From Bacilli bacterium (lineage in GTDB: Bacteria; Bacillota_I; Bacilli_A; RFN20; CAG-826): a stretch of 57,141 bases of DNA. Positions 27,827 through 38,098 of this stretch are shown piece after piece; the first letter of the stretch is position 1, and every line of letters begins with the position of its first letter. Location of the stretch: assembly GCA_017619815.1 (NCBI GenBank), contig JAFZRR010000043.1, positions 1 through 57,141 on the forward strand, read 5' to 3'. The notes beneath the pieces were generated by a model. That model was not told the origin of the DNA and did not search any database. It worked only from the letters and a program-made list of their open reading frames with translations. The translations under genes were made by a program, and so were the position numbers.

Positions 27827-29806
27827 ATGAAGAGAAGGAAACAACCAAATCGATTAAAACTTTTCTATTACTCACATCCATATTTTGTCATATTTAATCT
27901 ATTGATTATTTATAACATTATCCTCATCGGCATTGCTGCTTTGATTATGACTTATATCATGCACAATGCTACAGGTTCAGATGGACTTCCACTAATGGAG
28001 TTCAGTCTTGATTCTTATTTCAAAAATTTAGAATACTGCGTTGTCTTCACAATGAATACAGGTGGTATCTACGATCAAGCTCCTATCGGCATCATTATCA
28101 TGAAGGTTGTCTTATCAGTCATTCAAATGATTACCTTTACCGGTGCATTAATTGGCTTAGCAACTTCCATCCTTCAAAGCATGTTTGATAAGAGAATCCA
28201 CAATATTGGAAAAATTAAAATTAAACATCATTATGTCATCTTAGAATGGTCTGCAGTGGGAGCAAATCTTGTTAGAGAACTCTCCTTTATGCACGGTAAT
28301 AAGACGATTGTTATTTTATCAAGTAAAAATCGAGATGAAATTCAAGAAGAGATTGATAATCTCTTTCTCGAAACTGGAACCAGTAAAAAACATCTCAAAT
28401 TATTTATTAAACAAGGCGAAGCTTCTAGTCGAAAAGCCCTAAAAGAAATTAATATCGATAAAGCGGAATCCATCGCTATTTTAGGCGCTTCTTCTTGGCT
28501 TAACGAATCGAAGAAAAATGACTCTGCTTCTTTTAAGATTTTGATGACTGTTTTATCAATCACCAAGACTAGTAACATCGTCATCGAAACAGATGACCCA
28601 GAAGTCACAAAGAACATTCATGACTTAATGCTTGCCTCTACAGATTTAGGCAAAGCCCATATTTCTATCTTCTCTAGAAACACAGTCGTGGGTCATGTTC
28701 TAGCCAAGACTGCGGTCAATGTGAATTATTCAAGTTTGTATTATTCACTTTTATCTTTCCAAAACGGTTCTTTCTATGCGATTGATAAACCATATTCAGT
28801 TACCGAAGCTTTAGAAAGATATAGCAGTTGCTTACCAGCCTTCAGATATCCAATTTCCGACACAAATGATAAAGATTTGCTTTATCTTTCAGGAAAAAAC
28901 GAAAGTTCGATTAGACGCGCTCTTTTACGCAAAAAATACACAAGAGAAGTTTCTTTTAAAAAGAATTTAATCAAAAATTCCTTCACCTTATGTGTTATTG
29001 GCAAAAATGAAAGAAGCAACGCGATTAAAGAAGCTGTTGAAAGACACAATGAATTAAATGAAGGTCAAATCAATTTATTGATTCTCCCATACGATGTTGA
29101 TGTTGAGGAAACATTAACAAAACTTCAAAAGGAAAAAGGACAAAAGAAAATCCTTATTCTCAGTGACAACAATGCCTCTGAAGAAAATATGGATAGCAAT
29201 GTATTCCTAACATTAATCAAAATCAAAGCAAATAAAGATCTCTGTAAAGGCATTGAAACATTTGCGGAAATCTTTGATGAATCTAATAAGTTCTCTTTAG
29301 AGAGTTTGAATATTACGGGTGTTATTATTGCTAACCAAATGGTGGCTATCTATTTAACACAACTCTTATGCCACCCAGAATCTCATAACTTCTATGAAGA
29401 TTTAGTTATTCCAAATGAAACCACAAGTGCGGCGTTTGAAATTCGTTTAGCCAAAGAATTATTAAATGAAAAAGGTGATATCGAATTCACATCACGCGGT
29501 GAATTTGTAAGCGCATTATATGAAGCTAGCAATCATGAATATTTACCAATTGGTTTAATTGGCGAAAAGGAACAAAAGAATATTTTTGATTCCGTGACTG
29601 GTGTTGTTACAGGCGCAGTCGGTGGTGCAGTTAATCTCGCCACAAAGATGGTTTCAAATATCGGCAACGCGCTTACATTAAGCGATACACCTGAAGAAGC
29701 CACATGTGATTTTTCAAATATTTTGTTATTCAATGATCACATTAGAAAGAAAGAAAAACTCGTTATCAAACCAGATACAATCATCATCGTGGTTCATAGA
29801 TTTTAG
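27827..29806 (+). CDS. CASTOR/POLLUX-like 2-TM ion channel with tandem RCK domains
   Basis: TM1, pore-like segment (FTMNTGG), TM2, then Rossmann-like RCK1 (HHYVILEWS; LKEINIDKAESIAIL) and RCK2 (LCVIGKN; DSNVFLTLIKI). ATG at 27827 with AAGGAGG RBS. Confidence 0.6.
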   Translation: MKRRKQPNRLKLFYYSHPYFVIFNLLIIYNIILIGIAALIMTYIMHNATGSDGLPLMEFSLDSYFKNLEYCVVFTMNTGGIYDQAPIGIIIMKVVLSVIQMITFTGALIGLATSILQSMFDKRIHNIGKIKIKHHYVILEWSAVGANLVRELSFMHGNKTIVILSSKNRDEIQEEIDNLFLETGTSKKHLKLFIKQGEASSRKALKEINIDKAESIAILGASSWLNESKKNDSASFKILMTVLSITKTSNIVIETDDPEVTKNIHDLMLASTDLGKAHISIFSRNTVVGHVLAKTAVNVNYSSLYYSLLSFQNGSFYAIDKPYSVTEALERYSSCLPAFRYPISDTNDKDLLYLSGKNESSIRRALLRKKYTREVSFKKNLIKNSFTLCVIGKNERSNAIKEAVERHNELNEGQINLLILPYDVDVEETLTKLQKEKGQKKILILSDNNASEENMDSNVFLTLIKIKANKDLCKGIETFAEIFDESNKFSLESLNITGVIIANQMVAIYLTQLLCHPESHNFYEDLVIPNETTSAAFEIRLAKELLNEKGDIEFTSRGEFVSALYEASNHEYLPIGLIGEKEQKNIFDSVTGVVTGAVGGAVNLATKMVSNIGNALTLSDTPEEATCDFSNILLFNDHIRKKEKLVIKPDTIIIVVHRF

Positions 29807-29814
29807 GAGTAATT

Positions 29815-30741
29815 ATGAAAGATTTTAAAGAAATAATTATCAAAGATAATTTTTATCAATCTTCATCATTTTTTCCAATGCCTTTAACATTAATTGGAAC
29901 ACTCAATGAAGATGGCTCTTTAACAAGCTATGGAGCTTATTCTTTGATTTTCCCTTATTACATCGCGGGCAAAGGATATTACGCAATGGTGCTTGAATGT
30001 CGCAATACCTCTAATACCGCAAAAGGATTGTTGAGACATGGAAAATGCACAATCAATTTCCTTCCATATACAAAGAAGGGATTTAAGCAACATGTTGACT
30101 GTGGATTCCCTGGAGACACTCCGGAAGAAAAGATGAAAGACTTTTCATTCACGCCAGTTGATGGAAAATCACAAGAAGAACATCCTGATGAAAAGTATCC
30201 AAAGATTTTAAATGAAGCACTTCAAGTATTTGAATGTACTTGGGTTAAAGAACTCGATGGTGCACAAAATGATAAAGTCCAAGAAGAATATGATGGGCCA
30301 TATCATGATTTCAACGGCATCACCTCTAAGTATGGTGCTCATTTCATTTTGAAAATCGATCACATCTTATTGAAAGACAAATACTACAATTCCTTAATCA
30401 ATGGTGCGACCAGAAGTAATTTCTGTCCATTACCCACAAACTGGGGATATAGAGATAGCAAAGATTTCTGGTGCAGTGATTATAGAAAACCAAGAGCTAC
30501 AGGTATTCCAAATCGAGAAATTGATATTTCTTCATTAAAATATGCTGCCACAAGACTCAATACTGATGTACAATTTACAGACGAGGCCTTGAAAACTTTA
30601 GTAAAAGTCCCTCGACCATTCCTAAAGCTTGTTCTTCAAGGTTGCGTAAAATGGGCAGATGAAAATGGAGTGAAAATCATCACTGAAAAAGAGATGAAAA
30701 TAATCTCCGACAAGAGATCTGCAGAAAAGAGTAAAAAGTAA
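29815..30741 (+). CDS. Flavin-reductase-like (split-barrel) protein with C-terminal PCP_red-like helical domain
   Basis: FPMPLTLIGT, SNTAKGLLRHGKCTINFL and EALQVFECT; tail FTDEALKTLVKVPRPFLKLV..WADENGVKIIT. Confidence 0.6.
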   Translation: MKDFKEIIIKDNFYQSSSFFPMPLTLIGTLNEDGSLTSYGAYSLIFPYYIAGKGYYAMVLECRNTSNTAKGLLRHGKCTINFLPYTKKGFKQHVDCGFPGDTPEEKMKDFSFTPVDGKSQEEHPDEKYPKILNEALQVFECTWVKELDGAQNDKVQEEYDGPYHDFNGITSKYGAHFILKIDHILLKDKYYNSLINGATRSNFCPLPTNWGYRDSKDFWCSDYRKPRATGIPNREIDISSLKYAATRLNTDVQFTDEALKTLVKVPRPFLKLVLQGCVKWADENGVKIITEKEMKIISDKRSAEKSKK

Positions 30742-30742
30742 T

Positions 30743-31168
30743 ATGAAAAAAGCATCAAGGATTTTATTAACTATCGGTGGTGTCTTCCACATTGTTGATG
30801 GTGTCAGCTTCTTTATTGCGGCATTAGTTTTCTTAATTGGATCAATCATCTTCTTCGCTACCGGTGCTAACTGGTTTGGATTCATTTATGATTCAGTTGA
30901 TACAGAAGAAACCATGACAATAGCTATGACAATGTCTGCCATCATCTATATTGTGTGTGCGTTGATGTTCGTGGGATTTGGAATTATGTCCATTATCGCC
31001 GCAAGACTTACATTTAATGCAATCGAAAATGGTAACAAGACAAAATACATCACGGTCATTGTGCTAAGTGCTTTATTAGATGTTATAGCCGCTATTGTTG
31101 GTTCAATCTTTGGATTAATTACATTAAATAAAGAAAAGAACGAAAAAGAACCTGAAGTGGTTGAATAG
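30743..31168 (+). CDS. Hypothetical membrane protein (3-4 TM)
   Basis: Hydrophobic ORF starting 1 nt after the previous stop; acidic C-terminal tail. Confidence 0.7.
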   Translation: MKKASRILLTIGGVFHIVDGVSFFIAALVFLIGSIIFFATGANWFGFIYDSVDTEETMTIAMTMSAIIYIVCALMFVGFGIMSIIAARLTFNAIENGNKTKYITVIVLSALLDVIAAIVGSIFGLITLNKEKNEKEPEVVE

Positions 31169-31169
31169 A

Positions 31170-32051
31170 TTATTCAATCTCAGAACGATGAGGGAGCGAC
31201 GCAATCGCTCCTTTTCTTGTGACTGCAATGGATGAAACTTTACTGGCAAACTTCATTGCTTCTTTAACATGCTTACCCTCGCTTAATGCGGTAACAAAGG
31301 CACCGCAATAACTATCACCCGCTCCAGTGGTATCAATTGCATCAACCTTGTGTGGAGCAATAGTAAATGAATCATTTTTATCAACATACAAACTACCTTT
31401 TTCGCCAAGAGTAACAATGACGCGTTTGATACCTTTTCTAATCAAGGATTTTGCTCTTTGTTCAAAGTCTCCATTGATGTCTGGAGTGAAGTATTCTAAC
31501 TCATGTTCGTTAGGAATAAAAAAGTCGATATATTTGAAAGCTGAAGAAGGTACTTCATGGTATGGAGCAGGGTTCAAAATGACAGTTAAGCCCTCCTCCT
31601 TCGCTTTGCTCATTGCATAGACAATTGTGTCCACAGGATTTTCAAGTTGCAATAGCAAAAAATCAAATTTTGAAAAGTCAATCTTATCAATATCCTCTTT
31701 TGTGATGTCCATATTTGACCCTGGAACAATCACTATTCTATTCTCAGCATTTTGGGTTTCGATGGTAATGCTTGCAACCCCTGTATTTTGTTCAGAAATT
31801 TTAAGATTTGCATGTAAGCCAATGCTGTTTAAAAACTCTTGAACTCTTCTTCCGTTGTCATCATTTCCGACAGCACCATAAAACTCCACATTGCCATTTA
31901 AAAAGTGAATGGCACAAGCTTGGTTTGCGCCCTTGCCACCGATGTTGGATAAAAAGGATTCTCCATAGACAGTGGTGCCAGGTTCAGGAAGAACAGAAGT
32001 ATATGTTACATTGTCGATAGAAATGCTACCGATGACTAAAACCTTTTTCAT
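31170..32051 (-). CDS. rbsK: Ribokinase
   Basis: GGKGANQA, LNPAP, PNEHE and DTTGAGDSYCG (PfkB signature). Confidence 0.93.
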   Translation of the reverse strand: MKKVLVIGSISIDNVTYTSVLPEPGTTVYGESFLSNIGGKGANQACAIHFLNGNVEFYGAVGNDDNGRRVQEFLNSIGLHANLKISEQNTGVASITIETQNAENRIVIVPGSNMDITKEDIDKIDFSKFDFLLLQLENPVDTIVYAMSKAKEEGLTVILNPAPYHEVPSSAFKYIDFFIPNEHELEYFTPDINGDFEQRAKSLIRKGIKRVIVTLGEKGSLYVDKNDSFTIAPHKVDAIDTTGAGDSYCGAFVTALSEGKHVKEAMKFASKVSSIAVTRKGAIASLPHRSEIE

Positions 32052-32974
32052 TAGTAAGCCCTGATTCCTTGCTCAACAATATCCCAGTATTTTGCAACAT
32101 CAATATCCATGGCAACATAGGCGTTATGTGGTGCGTGTAGATAGTCAAAAACATCGCAATTTGTTCTGCCATAACTTGGGCCGTGAGATATATCAATTAC
32201 TACATTCATTTTTTCAAATTTAATCAAGTTTCCATCGATGATGGAAGCGATAGTGGCGGGATCATGCAAAGGACCTGCTTTTACACCAAATGTTTTTCTT
32301 TGGTTTTCATTAAAAACTCTCATTAATTTAACAAACATATCGCTTGCCTTATTATTGATCTTTTCCATTCTACTAATCACTTCATCAGTGACGATAACTT
32401 TTCTTGTGACATTAAGACCAACCATCTTCACAGTGACACCGCTTGAGAAAACGACATGTGCAGCTTCTGGATCGCACATAATATTGAATTCTGCTGCAGG
32501 ACTTGTGTTTCCGTTATCAACAGAACCACCCATGATAATAATTTCATCTAATCTTTCTAAGATTCTTGGCTCCATTTTGATTGCCATTGCAACATTGGTT
32601 AATGGACCAGTGGCAACGATAGTGACTTTGTCATTGTTCATTACGGAATCAATTATTAATTGAACACCGTGTCTTTTATCAAATTTGTCACCATAATCTG
32701 GAAATTCAAAACCATCTAATCCACTTTCACCATGGATAGCAGCACATATAACTCTTTCTCTCACCATTGGGAATTCACATCCAACACAAATTGGAACGTT
32801 GATTCCTAAATATGTAGCGACATTTAAAGCATTTCTTGCTGTCTTTTGAATTGTTTGATTACCAGCAACAACACTGATACCTAGTAAGTTGATATTTGGG
32901 TTTTTACCCGCTAATAAAATAGCCACCGCATCATCGTGACCAGGATCGCAATCTAAGATAATATTTCTTTTCAT
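32051..32974 (-). CDS. Inosine-uridine-preferring nucleoside hydrolase
   Basis: DCDPGHDD, IHGESGLDG, ATGPLTNVA, AAEFNI and PLHDP; stop-start overlap with rbsK. Confidence 0.95.
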   Translation of the reverse strand: MKRNIILDCDPGHDDAVAILLAGKNPNINLLGISVVAGNQTIQKTARNALNVATYLGINVPICVGCEFPMVRERVICAAIHGESGLDGFEFPDYGDKFDKRHGVQLIIDSVMNNDKVTIVATGPLTNVAMAIKMEPRILERLDEIIIMGGSVDNGNTSPAAEFNIMCDPEAAHVVFSSGVTVKMVGLNVTRKVIVTDEVISRMEKINNKASDMFVKLMRVFNENQRKTFGVKAGPLHDPATIASIIDGNLIKFEKMNVVIDISHGPSYGRTNCDVFDYLHAPHNAYVAMDIDVAKYWDIVEQGIRAY

Positions 32975-33057
32975 ATTATGTATTTCCTAACTATTTTTAG
33001 ATTAATGTTTTCAATATAATTGTTCAATTATTAAATCATTTGAATTACACTAAATTT

Positions 33058-34197
33058 ATGAAAAAATTCATAAAGAATCACATTCCCTTCCTTATAATGT
33101 CTTTCATTTTGTTATTAATGATTGTTTTTCTAATCGTTATGTCTGTTCTTCAACAAAACGCTCATATCGCTGAACAATGGACTAGATCATTTGGAAGACA
33201 ATATACAAAAGCAATGTCTGCATTTAACAGTAACTTCTTGTTTAGCATCACTGAAGCAAGTGCGATTATCGTTATTATTTCATGTGTCTTCTTCTTAGGG
33301 TGGGGTTTCTCATTCTTAGGAAATAAAAAAGTCTGGCCATTTGTTCATAGAGCAATGATGGTGACTTTAATTATCGTAGGCACAGTCACAATGTATAACG
33401 CGAGTGTTGGTTTTGCATACACTCGTGAAAAACTTCCAATAGAAGGATATACAGGAGAAATCAAAAAAGAGGATTTTAGAGCCATTGCTGAATATTTCGT
33501 GGAAGATTATAACAACTGTGCCAAAGAGCTTGGAATCGACGAAAAAGGCGAATTAATCATGCCTTATAAGTATGAAGATATGATTGCGAAGATTCGTTTA
33601 GAATTTAACAAGTTAAATGATGATTATTTTAGCGACACAGTTGCTCATCCAAAAGCACTAGAAACTTCTGGTTTATTTACCACAGTGGGAATCGTCGGAA
33701 TGTACTTTGGAGTATTAGGTGAGGCTAATTACAGCACCTATAGCACAAATGCGGAATTACCATTCTGCATCGCACATGAATTATGTCACTCAATAGGAGT
33801 AATGAGAGAAGATGACGCTCAGTTCTTATCATTCTATTTATTATCCACAAGTACTGATCCATTGCTTAGATATTCTGCTTACTACAACACCATCAGCAGT
33901 ATTTTAGGAATCACTTTCTACACTGGTAACAGTGATGACTATGATGAAGTGAGAAATCAAATTTGCGATGAAATAAAAATCAACTATAGATATATCTATA
34001 ATCATTGGAAAAATAAGATGTTCTTATATGATTTAGGAAACGCTATTAATGACTGGTATTTAAAAACTTTCAGTCAGAAGAAAGGCACCTCTTCATATAA
34101 CGACACACCAACAGAAATTGATCCTGGTGGATTTGTAATTACACTCTCCAATTATCAAAGTATTTATTTTAAAATATATTACGACAATCATATTTAG
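33058..34197 (+). CDS. DUF3810-like membrane-anchored HExxH putative zinc metalloprotein
   Basis: Three N-terminal TMs; [34 protein letters not shown] and LRYSAY. Confidence 0.7.
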   Translation: MKKFIKNHIPFLIMSFILLLMIVFLIVMSVLQQNAHIAEQWTRSFGRQYTKAMSAFNSNFLFSITEASAIIVIISCVFFLGWGFSFLGNKKVWPFVHRAMMVTLIIVGTVTMYNASVGFAYTREKLPIEGYTGEIKKEDFRAIAEYFVEDYNNCAKELGIDEKGELIMPYKYEDMIAKIRLEFNKLNDDYFSDTVAHPKALETSGLFTTVGIVGMYFGVLGEANYSTYSTNAELPFCIAHELCHSIGVMREDDAQFLSFYLLSTSTDPLLRYSAYYNTISSILGITFYTGNSDDYDEVRNQICDEIKINYRYIYNHWKNKMFLYDLGNAINDWYLKTFSQKKGTSSYNDTPTEIDPGGFVITLSNYQSIYFKIYYDNHI

Positions 34198-34208
34198 GAG
34201 GAATTATC

Positions 34209-34346
34209 ATGGAAGAAAAGAAACTTCATCATTTTCAATGCACTGTTTGTGGATACGTCTATGAAACAGAAGAAGATGAATTACCAGATGATTTTGTTTG
34301 CCCAGTTTGTGGCGTCGGAAAAGAAATGTTTGTCAAAGTTGACTAA
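34209..34346 (+). CDS. Rubredoxin (45 aa, not in the ORF track)
   Basis: Manual translation [45 protein letters not shown] with two CxxCG knuckles; AGGAGG RBS. Confidence 0.92.
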   Translation: MEEKKLHHFQCTVCGYVYETEEDELPDDFVCPVCGVGKEMFVKVD

Positions 34347-34429
34347 TTATTAAATTAGTAACATTGAAACTTAAATATGAATCATCAATGTTTTCGGATG
34401 ATATAATTTTGGGGAAAGGAGAATTTATT

Positions 34430-35170
34430 ATGTTGAAAAAACTAGCTGCTGAATTTGTTGCTACAATGATTCTTGTTCTCATTGGTTGCGGTGTCGCAAT
34501 TGGTGTTGGATGTGGTGATAACGCTGGTATCGTTGCTACAGCTGCTGCATTTGGTGTTTCCATCATCGTCTTAGCTTACACAGTTGGCCAAGTCTCTGGT
34601 GGTCATGCAAACCCAGCCGTCTCATTAGCAATGGCTATCCGTGGTGACATCTCATGGAAAGAATTTGCATTATATGCATTAGCTCAAGTTCTTGGTGCAT
34701 TAGTCGGTAGTGGTATCTTAGCTTTAATCTTCTTAACAGTTAAGAGTACTGGTGCAAACGGCATCGGCGCTCCATTAATCAATGCTGTCACAGATGCAGG
34801 TTTGAAAGATAATGGTGCTAAATTTGCTGCATTAGGTCTTGCCGTCTTAGTTGAAATCGTTTTAACATTCCTCTTCATCCTTCTCATCCTTGGTGTTACA
34901 TCCAAGAAAGAATGGGGTGGCTTTGCAGGTTTATTAATCGGTATCGCTTTATTCGGTATCCACTTAGTTGGTATTCCATTAACCGGAACATCAGTCAACC
35001 CAGCCAGAGGCTTATCCGCACTTGTCTTCTCAATGTTTACCGGTAAAGACGTTGGCGATAAAGCATTAATGCTTATCCCAGCCGTTGTTGCTCCATTCAT
35101 CGGTGCTGCTTTAGCAGCATTAGTGTGGAAGCTCTTTGCGGGCAAAAAAGAAGCAAAAGAAGCTGAATAA
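34430..35170 (+). CDS. Aquaporin (MIP family, AqpZ-like)
   Basis: SGGHANPAVS and GTSVNPARG; ATG at 34430 with AAGGAG RBS. Confidence 0.93.
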   Translation: MLKKLAAEFVATMILVLIGCGVAIGVGCGDNAGIVATAAAFGVSIIVLAYTVGQVSGGHANPAVSLAMAIRGDISWKEFALYALAQVLGALVGSGILALIFLTVKSTGANGIGAPLINAVTDAGLKDNGAKFAALGLAVLVEIVLTFLFILLILGVTSKKEWGGFAGLLIGIALFGIHLVGIPLTGTSVNPARGLSALVFSMFTGKDVGDKALMLIPAVVAPFIGAALAALVWKLFAGKKEAKEAE

Positions 35171-35187
35171 TTCTCATTACAAATAAA

Positions 35188-35224
35188 ATAAAGCCGCTAG
35201 GTTCGTCCCAGCGGTTTTATTTTT
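35188..35224. terminator. Bidirectional intrinsic terminator
   Basis: ATAAAGCCGCT-(11 nt)-AGCGGTTTTAT between the convergent aquaporin and pepT genes. Confidence 0.75.
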
Positions 35225-36416
35225 ATATCTTCAAGATATCGATAACGACATCAATCATCTTTTCAAATTGTTGAATAACTAAGAACTCAAATCTACCGTG
35301 ATGGTTATATGATCCAGTTCCTAAGTTTGGAGTTACTAAACCCATCTTGGAGAATGTTGCGCCATCGGTACCACCTCTAATTTTTGTGGAGCGTGGTTCG
35401 ATACCATTCTTTCTTAATGCTGCTTTTGCTAATTCCACTGGTTTAGGATTCTTATCAACATAGGGTTTCATATTTTCATATTGCTCTTTAACAATAACTT
35501 CAATATTGATGCCAGGATATTTTGTCATGAGTTTTGCAGCGTTTTCTTTGATGATTTGATTGCGATTTACAAGTTTTTCTCTATCAAAATCCCTCAAAAT
35601 AAGCTCAGCATGGATTTTATCTGATGAACCATTAACATCGTTCATGTGCCAGTATCCGTCATCTTCTCCGGCCTCAAATGGTGTATCGTTTTTCGGCATG
35701 AGATTGATTATTTCATTGAGTACTAAAATGGCATTAATTAGTTTGCCTTTTCCTTCACCTGGATGGACACTTACACCTTGAATATTGATTTCAACACCTT
35801 GTGCATTAAAGTTTTCAAAATCAACATTTTCGATATCAGCACCGTCGACTGTAAATGCATAATCTGCATCCATCTTCTCTAAAGAGAAGTGTTTGGAACC
35901 TTCACCGATTTCTTCATCAACAGTAAATGATACACTGATGTTATGATGCTTGACTTCAGGATGATTATGGAAGAATTCAAGTGCATTCATGATTATAGCG
36001 ATACCTGCTTTATCATCTGCGCCCAATAATGTTGTTCCATCGGTAGTTACTAAGTCACATCCTTTGAACCTATTGAGTATTGGAAATTGCTTTGGCGAGA
36101 ATGTGTATTGCTCGTTCAAAACGATATCCCCTCCATCATAGTTTTTATGAATTTGAGGATTAACACCTTCACCAGTTACTTCTAAGGCTGTATCAATATG
36201 TGTATTTAAACCGATTTTATCGCCTTCACCTTGAAGATGAGCATAGACGATACCATATTCATCCATGTAAGCATCAGAAAGACCCAATTCTTTTAATTCT
36301 TCTACTAAAAGACGAGATAAGTTCTTTTGTTTTTCAGTTGATGGCGTGGTTCCGGTTTTATCATCTGATTGTGTATCGATCTTTGCGTATCTAATAAATC
36401 TATCTATTTTTGCCAT
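35223..36416 (-). CDS. pepT: Peptidase T (M20B)
   Basis: IDTQSD, TLLGADDKAG, FTVDEEIG, SVHPG, IRGGTDGA and PNLGTG..NHH; ATG at 36416 with GAGGTG RBS. Confidence 0.95.
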   Translation of the reverse strand: MAKIDRFIRYAKIDTQSDDKTGTTPSTEKQKNLSRLLVEELKELGLSDAYMDEYGIVYAHLQGEGDKIGLNTHIDTALEVTGEGVNPQIHKNYDGGDIVLNEQYTFSPKQFPILNRFKGCDLVTTDGTTLLGADDKAGIAIIMNALEFFHNHPEVKHHNISVSFTVDEEIGEGSKHFSLEKMDADYAFTVDGADIENVDFENFNAQGVEINIQGVSVHPGEGKGKLINAILVLNEIINLMPKNDTPFEAGEDDGYWHMNDVNGSSDKIHAELILRDFDREKLVNRNQIIKENAAKLMTKYPGINIEVIVKEQYENMKPYVDKNPKPVELAKAALRKNGIEPRSTKIRGGTDGATFSKMGLVTPNLGTGSYNHHGRFEFLVIQQFEKMIDVVIDILKI

Positions 36417-36498
36417 ATTGTTCACCTCAGTGCTCTTATTATAGTTTCTTTTAAAGAATAATGTTTCTATTTATTAGAAATAACATATAATAAAGTCC

Positions 36499-37083
36499 AT
36501 GAAAGAAATTATTGAAATCAAAAGAAAAGAATTTGAAGTTCTCGAGAAACTCGGAGAGCATTCTTATAAAGTAAAAAGAAAAGATAAAATCTATTTCTTA
36601 AAGAAGTACGACAACAAAGATTCGTTCAACCAATTTGTTGAACAATATCGTAGATTAAAGATTACAGCGATGGATATTCCAAAGTGTTATTTGTTCGATA
36701 AGAATCTTTTAATTAGTGTTGTAGACTTCATTGAAGGAGATAATATTTTTGAAATCCTTCTCAAAGAAGAAATCAAGAACGAAGAGATTTATAAGAACCT
36801 TTTCTTAGCGGAATGGTATATGAGAAGAGAAAAGCTCAGAATCGATTTCCATCCAGACAATTTTATATTCAATGGTAAGAAACTCTATTATCTTCCATAT
36901 AAGTTTGGAAAGTTTGAACCAAACTATGATTTTAATATGAATGACTTGCGCTTATGGTTCATCACCAAACAATTTGCTCAATACGCAAAAAGCAAGGGAA
37001 TTGATTTTGACGATTCACGCGTAGGCAATGAATACGCGACAAATAAACAAATCGCCCTTATGGCGGTCAAATACTACATGTAA
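36499..37083 (+). CDS. Hypothetical protein with degenerate protein-kinase-like (APH/RIO/Kdo) fold
   Basis: LEKLG..SYKV, YFLKKY, VVDFIEG hinge and DFHPDNFIF catalytic-loop-like motif. Confidence 0.5.
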   Translation: MKEIIEIKRKEFEVLEKLGEHSYKVKRKDKIYFLKKYDNKDSFNQFVEQYRRLKITAMDIPKCYLFDKNLLISVVDFIEGDNIFEILLKEEIKNEEIYKNLFLAEWYMRREKLRIDFHPDNFIFNGKKLYYLPYKFGKFEPNYDFNMNDLRLWFITKQFAQYAKSKGIDFDDSRVGNEYATNKQIALMAVKYYM

Positions 37084-37084
37084 T

Positions 37085-37993
37085 ATGAACTACATTGTTT
37101 TTTCTATTTCCGGTAATAAGAAGCTTGCTAATGAAGTGGCGAAAGCGTTAAATGCAGAAGTTGGCAAAGTTTATAAAAAGACTTTTGCTGATGGAGAAAT
37201 AATGGTTAAAAGTGCATCTGATGTTAAAGACAAGGATGTAGTGATAATTCAATCAACTTCCAAAAATGTGAACGAAGAATTGTTTTGCTTACTTTTACTT
37301 TTGGATTCAGTCAAACGTTCTGGTGCAAGATCAATTAAATTGTTCATGCCATATTTTGCATATAGCAGACAAGAGAGAGTAAGTTGGGTCAATGAACCAG
37401 TCTCATGTGAGGTTGTGGCGAACATAATTGATACCGCTGAATTTGACAGTTTGACATGCTTCGATTTGCATCATCCAATTATCGAAACCTTCTTCAAACA
37501 TGAGATTAAAAATAAACCTACAACAAAACTATTTGCTCAATATTATTTAGACTATTTTAAAGCCCAACGAATTTCCAAAGATGAAGTGGTCATTGTTTCA
37601 CCAGATCATGGCAGTAATTCAAGAGCAGACATGTTGTCTAGAGAACTTGGAGAAGTTGAAATCGTCATTTTAGACAAAGTTCGTCCTCAACCAAACAGAG
37701 CAGAACATCTTGAGATTGATGGTAGCTTAGTGAAAGGCAAAGTATGCATTCTTATTGATGATATAATAGATACAGGTGGAACTATAAGTTCAGCATCTAA
37801 GTTATTACGCGAAAAAGGCGCAAAATCCGTGTTAGTTGCCGCAACACACGCTGTCTTGTCAAAAGGATGCGTGACAAGGTTGAAAGAATCTGGAATTGAT
37901 GATTTAGTGGTTTCTAACACAATCGAAAAGAAACTTGATCAATTCATCAATAAAGTAGATATTCTTCCATTAATCCTTGAAGAATTTAGATGA
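37085..37993 (+). CDS. prs: Ribose-phosphate pyrophosphokinase
   Basis: FADGE, MPYFAYSRQER, DLH, VSPDHG, ILIDDIIDTGGT and ATHAVLS; ATG at 37085. Confidence 0.93.
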   Translation: MNYIVFSISGNKKLANEVAKALNAEVGKVYKKTFADGEIMVKSASDVKDKDVVIIQSTSKNVNEELFCLLLLLDSVKRSGARSIKLFMPYFAYSRQERVSWVNEPVSCEVVANIIDTAEFDSLTCFDLHHPIIETFFKHEIKNKPTTKLFAQYYLDYFKAQRISKDEVVIVSPDHGSNSRADMLSRELGEVEIVILDKVRPQPNRAEHLEIDGSLVKGKVCILIDDIIDTGGTISSASKLLREKGAKSVLVAATHAVLSKGCVTRLKESGIDDLVVSNTIEKKLDQFINKVDILPLILEEFR

Positions 37994-38098
37994 AAAATTA
38001 ATCAAATTTGAAAATCATAAAATTAACAGAAATTGAATTTAATATTAAACGAATGCAATATTAAAACAACAACCTACAAGAAAAGAAGCGAATTAACG

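Noticed and set aside
32051-32974. Nucleoside hydrolase as the queuosine hydrolase QueK
   Set aside because: It has canonical IU-NH motifs, is coupled to ribokinase about 6 kb from tgt, and has no QueL or ECF transporter nearby. General nucleoside catabolism is the simpler reading.
37994-38098. yybP-ykoY manganese riboswitch upstream of mntP
   Set aside because: The region is A-rich and unstructured and lacks the GGGGAGUA-type core.
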